Assembly: GCA_963777315.1 (NCBI GenBank)
Contig: CAVZQC010000002.1
Span: 832,001 to 896,000 of the forward strand
Source: Vulcanimicrobiota bacterium
Lineage (GTDB): Bacteria; Vulcanimicrobiota; Vulcanimicrobiia; Vulcanimicrobiales; Vulcanimicrobiaceae
Direction: 5' to 3'
Length of the DNA stretch: 64,000 nt
Shown: piece by piece, positions 58,621-64,000 of the stretch
How positions within the stretch are numbered: position 1 is the first letter of the stretch
Layout: the number at the start of each line of letters is the position of its first letter
Translations under genes and position numbers: made by a program
The notes under the pieces: generated by a model
The model's database searches: none
Told to the model about the DNA's origin: nothing
What the model saw: only the letters and a program-made list of their open reading frames with translations

Positions 58621-59565
58621 TTACCCACTTTGATAAAGCGCGAGCAGTTCGCGCGCATGCGCGGCGAGCGCATCGCACAATTCCTGCGGATCCAGCGCTC
58701 GCGCCGCGGAGCCAAAACCGGCGATTTGATCGACCGCCGAACGGAATGACGGGAACCGCATGCGCAGCGTGCGCCCACGCTCGTCGCCGGAAACGACGTC
58801 GATGTCGCCGTACGACATGATGCGTTCCATCGAATCCGCGCGCACGTAGAGTGTCGCGTGATACCACTCCATCGGCCGTTCGATCGCGGCTTTCGAAGAG
58901 TGCCAATGCGCTTCGAGATCGAACCCGTCATCGCGGCTGAATTGCATGCGCAATTCTTCCGCTGCGGTCATGCGATCGACGCGGAAAGTACGCAACTCGC
59001 CGTCCTCCTGGCGCGCGACCAGATACCACACGCCGGCTTTGGAAACCAGACCGAGCGGATCGGCGATACGTTCGGTTGCGCTTCCCGTGCGATCTTTATA
59101 ACCGATGCGCACCCGGCGATCGTCCCACACCGCGCGGCGCAGTACTGCGAGCAGCGCTGTGGGCTGCTCGCTGCGGTACCAGCGGTTGTGGTCGAGGAGA
59201 ATGCGCTGGCGCGCTTTATTCGCGGCGCGGCGCTGCAAGTCGGGAAGCGCGCCGGCGATTTTGTCGAGTGCCTGCCGGTGCGAGGTCACGCCCAGTTCGG
59301 CGAGCGGATCCACCGCCGCGAGAAAGAGCGCGTTGAGCTCGTCGGTGCTGAACTGGGCGATGGCTTGGCGATATCCGTCGGAGAGCGCAATGCCGCCATT
59401 GCTTCCGCGCTCGGCATACACGGGAACACCCGATGCGCCGAGCGCCTCGACGTCGCGGTAGATGGTCCGCTGTGAGACCTCGAGCGCCGCGGCGAGTTCG
59501 CGGGCGGTTCTGGGACTGCGCGCCTGCAGCAGGAGCATCACAGAAACCATGCGCTCCGACTTCAT
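58621..59565 (-). CDS. YafY-like HTH-WYL-WCX transcriptional regulator
   Basis: ARELAAALEVSQRTIYRD, WYLVA and RTFRVDRM; start trimmed to MKSER. Confidence 0.92.
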   Translation of the reverse strand: MKSERMVSVMLLLQARSPRTARELAAALEVSQRTIYRDVEALGASGVPVYAERGSNGGIALSDGYRQAIAQFSTDELNALFLAAVDPLAELGVTSHRQALDKIAGALPDLQRRAANKARQRILLDHNRWYRSEQPTALLAVLRRAVWDDRRVRIGYKDRTGSATERIADPLGLVSKAGVWYLVARQEDGELRTFRVDRMTAAEELRMQFSRDDGFDLEAHWHSSKAAIERPMEWYHATLYVRADSMERIMSYGDIDVVSGDERGRTLRMRFPSFRSAVDQIAGFGSAARALDPQELCDALAAHARELLALYQSG

Positions 59566-59588
59566 ATATGACAGCACTTGGCATATAT
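59564..59588. promoter_or_regulatory. Candidate WYL-regulator operator
   Basis: ATATATGACA-gcact-TGGCATATAT (9/10 inverted repeat) in the divergent gap. Confidence 0.65.
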
Positions 59589-59608
59589 CGACGCTTATCC
59601 TTTGAGGC

Positions 59609-60004
59609 ATGGCAAGCACAAAGATTTCGGCACCCCGCGGCATCGATGCGGTGTACTACATGGTCAAGGACGTCGCCCGGGCTCGCAGATTTTATGAAGA
59701 GGCTCTGGGCTTTGCGCCCAGTTTCGTCGCCGAAGCCGGCGCCGAATGGGAGGGCGTCGAGTACGAGATGCCCACGGGCCAGACGTTCGGTCTGGGCAAG
59801 AGCTCCGGGGCTCCGTGGCGCGAGTCCGGCGGGGCGATGATCTCCGTCGACGATGTGGGAGCCGCAACGGAACGCGTTAAGGCAGCAGGCGGAAAGGTGC
59901 ACGCCGAGCCGTTCGATTCGCCGGTCTGCATCATGTCGTGGTGTGAGGATACCGAAGGCAACACGTTTTCACTGCATCATCGTAAAGACGGGAGTGTTGG
60001 ATAA
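59609..60004 (+). CDS. VOC/glyoxalase family protein
   Basis: VKDVARARRFYEEALG and DTEGNTFSLH. Confidence 0.9.
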   Translation: MASTKISAPRGIDAVYYMVKDVARARRFYEEALGFAPSFVAEAGAEWEGVEYEMPTGQTFGLGKSSGAPWRESGGAMISVDDVGAATERVKAAGGKVHAEPFDSPVCIMSWCEDTEGNTFSLHHRKDGSVG

Positions 60005-60387
60005 TGGCAACTGCGCAATCAGCGGCAACGATCACCGGGATCGACGCCATTTACTATCTTGCGAAAAACTTCGATCGCGCGCGCCGCTTCTATGAAAGCG
60101 CGTTCGGCTTGCGCGCGTCGATGGAGATGATCGGCGAAGGCGGCGGTTCGTTCGTCGAGTACGAGTTGCCGGACGGCGCGACGTTCGGAATAGCAACGAT
60201 CCAGGATTCGCCCTGGCACATGAACGGCAGCATCGAATTTGCCGTGCCCGACGTCGATGCCGCCCTGGTGCGGGCGAAAGCGGAAGGGGCGACGCTGAAC
60301 GAGGACGTCGAATTGCCGACGTGCCGCATGGCGTGGCTGACGGATACGGAAGGCAATTCGCTCTGCCTGCACAAGCGAAAAACCTGA
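60004..60387 (+). CDS. VOC/glyoxalase family protein, tandem paralog
   Basis: GIDAIYY, RARRFYE and DTEGNSLCLH. Confidence 0.9.
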   Translation: MATAQSAATITGIDAIYYLAKNFDRARRFYESAFGLRASMEMIGEGGGSFVEYELPDGATFGIATIQDSPWHMNGSIEFAVPDVDAALVRAKAEGATLNEDVELPTCRMAWLTDTEGNSLCLHKRKT

Positions 60388-60466
60388 ACTCATCGTCGTA
60401 GCCCCGCGATGCTTCCATCGGAGCGCGAACTCAATGAGCGCATCGCTGTGCTCCGATCGAGCGGGT

Positions 60467-61615
60467 CTAAATGAAGGCGCCACCTTTCATGACGGCAGCC
60501 GGGGAAGACAACGTGCGCAAATTGCGTCCAATGTCGCTTGCGAGCATAAGCACATCAGCGGGTTCGCCCGCGGCCAGCACGCCGCGATGCAGACCGATCA
60601 GTTCGGCGGCCACCGCGGTTGCCGCGTGCAGCGCCTGCTGCGCCGACATGCCGAGCACCTCGTGCATCAGCACGACCTCGTCCGCATAATTTTCGTGATA
60701 GTTGAATGGCGTACCGGCATCCGAGCCTCCCGCGAACTTTACGCCGGCTTCGAATGCGCGCCGGAGATTGCGTGAAAGGTTTTCGGTGATCTCGCGCGCT
60801 TTGCGCACGACGTAGTCGGGTTGGCCTCCGTGCTCGGCATGCTCCAAGATGCACGCCGGTGCAGTGAGCGTTGGAACGAGATACGCGCCGCGTTGCTTGA
60901 AGAGCGCGATGCCTTCGTCGTCGAGCATATGACCGTGCTCGATGGAATCGACCCCGGCGCGCAGTGCGTCCTTGATGCCTTGCGTTCCGATCGCATGAGC
61001 GGCGACGCGCATCTCGTGCCGATGCGCCTCCTCGCATGCGGCGCTCATTTCTTCGAGCGTCAGCTGCGCGATACCCGGAACTGCGCCCTTGGTCAGCACG
61101 CCGCCCGTTGCAATGAGCTTGATGCAATCCGCGCCGCTCTTGCGCTGCTCGCGCACACCTTTGCGCGCATCCCACGGGCTGTCGACGGCGCGGCCGATCG
61201 GCCAGCCGTGTCCGCCGGTCATGCACAAGACGCGCCCCGCGGCGCGCATGCGCGGACCTGGAATCCGGCCTTGTTCGATTGCATCGCGAATCTCGATCGC
61301 GATCTCCTCGCTCGCGCCGACGTCGCGCACCGTCGTGACGCCGGCCGCCACCGTTTTGCGCGCGTTCTCCACCGCGTGCAGCATTCGCTGCATCGGCGTG
61401 ACGACGTTCACCAAACTCAGCGGATCGGGCTGGCCGCTCATCTCCAAATGCACGTGTGCGTTTACCAGACCCGGCGTGATGCAGGCCGCTTCGCGATCGC
61501 AATCTCCGCTCGCATCCCGAACCTCCGTAACGCGCGGGCCTTCGACGACGAGGTCGACGTTGCGCCGCGGCGCCTCCATGCTGCCGTCATAAAACACGCC
61601 CGCGCGAAGAATCAT
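60467..61615 (-). CDS. Metal-dependent amidohydrolase
   Basis: PGLVNAHVH, GVTTVRD, VAAHA, SIEHG and GSDAG. Confidence 0.9.
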   Translation of the reverse strand: MILRAGVFYDGSMEAPRRNVDLVVEGPRVTEVRDASGDCDREAACITPGLVNAHVHLEMSGQPDPLSLVNVVTPMQRMLHAVENARKTVAAGVTTVRDVGASEEIAIEIRDAIEQGRIPGPRMRAAGRVLCMTGGHGWPIGRAVDSPWDARKGVREQRKSGADCIKLIATGGVLTKGAVPGIAQLTLEEMSAACEEAHRHEMRVAAHAIGTQGIKDALRAGVDSIEHGHMLDDEGIALFKQRGAYLVPTLTAPACILEHAEHGGQPDYVVRKAREITENLSRNLRRAFEAGVKFAGGSDAGTPFNYHENYADEVVLMHEVLGMSAQQALHAATAVAAELIGLHRGVLAAGEPADVLMLASDIGRNLRTLSSPAAVMKGGAFI

Positions 61616-62523
61616 GCGGGAGCCTGGGCCCGTTCCATCGCCTGATACGCTTTGCTCGTGAGATCGTGGCCCAGCACGCCGGCGATAAAGCGCGAGGCTG
61701 CGCGCACTTTGTGCAAGTCGACGCCGGTGCGAATACCCATGCCGTGCAGCATGTACAGCAAATCCTCGGTGCCCAAGTTGCCGGTCGCGCCGGGTGCGTA
61801 CGGACAGCCGCCCAAGCCTCCGCTGCTGGAATCGAACGTCGCGATGCCGTTTTGCAGGGCGGCGTACACGTTGACCAGCGCGGTGCCGCGCGTGTCGTGA
61901 AAGTGAAACGCGAGCTTTCCGGGCGGAATTTCCCGCGCGAGCATCGGAACCAGCTCGTCGACTTGGCTGGGTACCGCAACGCCGATCGTGTCGCCGATCG
62001 AAAGTTCGTCGCATCCCATATCCAGCAGCTTGCGGCTCACGTCGACGACCGTTTCGGGATGCACCGCATCTCCGAACGGCGATCCGAACGCAGTTGAAAT
62101 GTAGCCACGCACCCACATGGCGTTTTGCTTAGCGTTGCGCACGACGTCGCGGAACGTCTCGAGCGATTCGTCGATCGTCATGTTGATGTTGCGTTTGGTG
62201 AATTCGTGCGAAGCGGCAGTGAACACCGCAATCGCTTCCGCGCCGGCAGCTTTGGCGCGCTCCAAACCGTTGACGTTGGGGGTCAGCACCGGGTAGCGAA
62301 CGCCGGGGCGCTTATGTATGCCCGCAAAGACCTGCGCTGCGTCGGACAGCTGCGGAACGGCCTTCGGACTGACGAACGAGGTCGCCTCGATCACCGGCAA
62401 ACCGGACTCGGACAACAGATCGATGTAGCGAATCTTGTCCTCGGCGCGAACCGCTGCATGTTCGTTTTGAAGTCCGTCCCGCGGCCCCATTTCGCACACG
62501 GTCACAAACGTCGGAATGCTCAT
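61612..62523 (-). CDS. Hydroxymethylglutaryl-CoA lyase
   Basis: PRDGLQNE, HFHDTRG and GGLGGCPYAPGATGN. Confidence 0.95.
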   Translation of the reverse strand: MSIPTFVTVCEMGPRDGLQNEHAAVRAEDKIRYIDLLSESGLPVIEATSFVSPKAVPQLSDAAQVFAGIHKRPGVRYPVLTPNVNGLERAKAAGAEAIAVFTAASHEFTKRNINMTIDESLETFRDVVRNAKQNAMWVRGYISTAFGSPFGDAVHPETVVDVSRKLLDMGCDELSIGDTIGVAVPSQVDELVPMLAREIPPGKLAFHFHDTRGTALVNVYAALQNGIATFDSSSGGLGGCPYAPGATGNLGTEDLLYMLHGMGIRTGVDLHKVRAASRFIAGVLGHDLTSKAYQAMERAQAPA

Positions 62524-63317
62524 ACGCTTTTGGAGGCTTCGACGCGGCCGCGCGGTTGCGCTCCCAAAAACCTCGTGACGGCGCGCAAAGTCAGCGGCCA
62601 GACGCGATCGTTGGCCAAAAATCCTTTGCTGAGCATGATGAGCGGCTCGAAATGCCCGATCACGTTCATGTGATTGGCGTGCGGGCCGACGATGAAATGC
62701 GCCGGTATGCGGCTTCCCAAGGTTGCCGAATCGCCCCATACCAGCCCGTCGTTGTCGCCGCCGCGCGACGGCACGAGGCCGGCGATCGACAGCATTTTGG
62801 CACCCGGCGGACCGATCCACGGCTCGCCGTCGAGCACCCAGTCGTAGCGCCAGCGTGAGGTCAGTTTCCAATGGCCCGACGTGCCGTTGAGCCACGTGAT
62901 GAAATCGGAGTAGATGTCCATTTCGCCGAAGGCCTTGTCCGGAGTGCGCAGCAGCGCATGAATTTGCGGCAGCATGTAGGTCTGCACGCCCCAATTCGGC
63001 GTGGCGATCATGATGGTGTGGCTGATTTCGCTCGCGCGATGCGGGTAGCGCCGTAGAAAGGCGCGCACGACCAAACCGCCCAGCGAATACCCCAGCAAAA
63101 CGATCGGAAAAGCATGGCCGTTCTGCTTGAGCTGCGTCACGAAACGCGCGAAGCGATCGATCCGCTCGTCCAGCGTGTCGTCGAATTCGCCGAACGTGAT
63201 CGAGTCGATTCCATAGGCGTCCAGTCCTGGCACGAGCGCGGTGCCGCGACGCAGCAGGTCGAAGTGCTCGGGCGGTTCGTTGTAGCCCGGCACCATGATC
63301 ATCGTGCGTGGAATCAC
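62520..63317 (-). CDS. Alpha/beta hydrolase (lipase/esterase-like)
   Basis: GYSLGG, ATPNWG, NDGLV and HMN. Confidence 0.8.
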   Translation of the reverse strand: MIPRTMIMVPGYNEPPEHFDLLRRGTALVPGLDAYGIDSITFGEFDDTLDERIDRFARFVTQLKQNGHAFPIVLLGYSLGGLVVRAFLRRYPHRASEISHTIMIATPNWGVQTYMLPQIHALLRTPDKAFGEMDIYSDFITWLNGTSGHWKLTSRWRYDWVLDGEPWIGPPGAKMLSIAGLVPSRGGDNDGLVWGDSATLGSRIPAHFIVGPHANHMNVIGHFEPLIMLSKGFLANDRVWPLTLRAVTRFLGAQPRGRVEASKSV

Positions 63318-64000
63318 TGCAGTTCGAGTAACAGCGCCTCGCTGGGAACGATGTCGCCTTCGCGCACGTGGATCGCGCGCACCGTGCCCGCGCCGGGCGC
63401 TTCGATGCGGTGCTCCATCTTCATCGCTTCCAAAACGATCAGGAGATCGTGCATGTCGACCGTGTCGGCATCGCCGACCGCGACCTTGACGATTTTGCCC
63501 GGCATGGGCGAAAGAATGCGGCCGCCTGCGTGCGCGCCCGAGCCGTGGCCGCCGCTTTCGCCGTCGGGGGCTGCGGCGAAAGTCAACGTCCATGCGCGGC
63601 CGTCCGCGTGCACCGTGACCGCGCGGTCGTGCACGATGCTTTGGCGCAATGCGGGCTGATCCAAACGCAGTTCGCCGGCGTAGTCGCCGCTTGCGCGCCA
63701 GACGTTGGGATCCGGGCCGGCCGCGGCTTCGATCGTGATCCGTCGCGGGCCGTACTGCAGCTGCAGCGGAATGCCGACGCCGCCGATTCGCCAGGGCGCG
63801 CGCCGCGCGCGCAGCAACGCTGCAGCCGCAAGCCGCACAGCTTGCTCGGGCACGTCCTGCGCGCTGAAGATCGATTCGTCCAGCCGTTCCTGCAGAAAAC
63901 TCGTGCTGGTCTCACCCTTGCGAAACGCTCGATCGCGAGCGATCCACAGCAGCAGCGGAACGTTGGTGCGAACGCCCGCAACCGCGAAGTCTTCCAGCGC
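63314..64000 (-). CDS. Biotin-dependent acyl-CoA carboxylase alpha subunit, 3' part (probably methylcrotonyl-CoA carboxylase)
   Basis: GVRTNVPLL, SPMPGKI and the EAMKMEH biotinyl motif; frame open to the window end; next to HMG-CoA lyase. Confidence 0.88.
   Translation of the reverse strand, partial: ALEDFAVAGVRTNVPLLLWIARDRAFRKGETSTSFLQERLDESIFSAQDVPEQAVRLAAAALLRARRAPWRIGGVGIPLQLQYGPRRITIEAAAGPDPNVWRASGDYAGELRLDQPALRQSIVHDRAVTVHADGRAWTLTFAAAPDGESGGHGSGAHAGGRILSPMPGKIVKVAVGDADTVDMHDLLIVLEAMKMEHRIEAPGAGTVRAIHVREGDIVPSEALLLELQ

Noticed and set aside
63583..63981. Frameshift in the carboxylase gene
   Set aside because: The true frame is continuous from 64000 to 63314; this ORF is a shadow frame.

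Overview
GC-rich bacterial chromosome segment. The gene content and style suggest a soil bacterium such as Candidatus Eremiobacterota, but that is inference only. The host backbone covers 1-19.5 kb and 41.3-64 kb. It carries the thiC 3' end, an NRAMP transporter, two tandem sortilin/BNR-repeat proteins, an MrpA-less Mrp antiporter cluster, an S53 protease, zur-znuACB, purEK, a two-component system with an RND/TolC/MFP pump, a YafY-type WYL regulator with two VOC genes, and leucine-catabolism genes. The main accessory feature is an ~18.3 kb, visibly more AT-rich defence island integrated in tRNA-Ala(CGC). It is bounded by an identical 18-bp core at 23028-23045 and 41296-41313 and has matching arm-type repeats. 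The island carries a tyrosine integrase and excisionase, a class II DISARM-like system (C5 methylase, drmA, drmB, drmC, drmE-like) with vsr, and a type IV AbiE toxin-antitoxin pair. drmB is split by an intact IS3 and drmA has a +1 frameshift. Most interesting observations: (i) the AbiEii toxin is fused to a WYL domain and a Zn-ribbon; (ii) the att core lies inside the integrase reading frame, so excision would swap its C-terminus for a short, highly basic tail; (iii) there are several candidate operators and a repeat cluster in the island.
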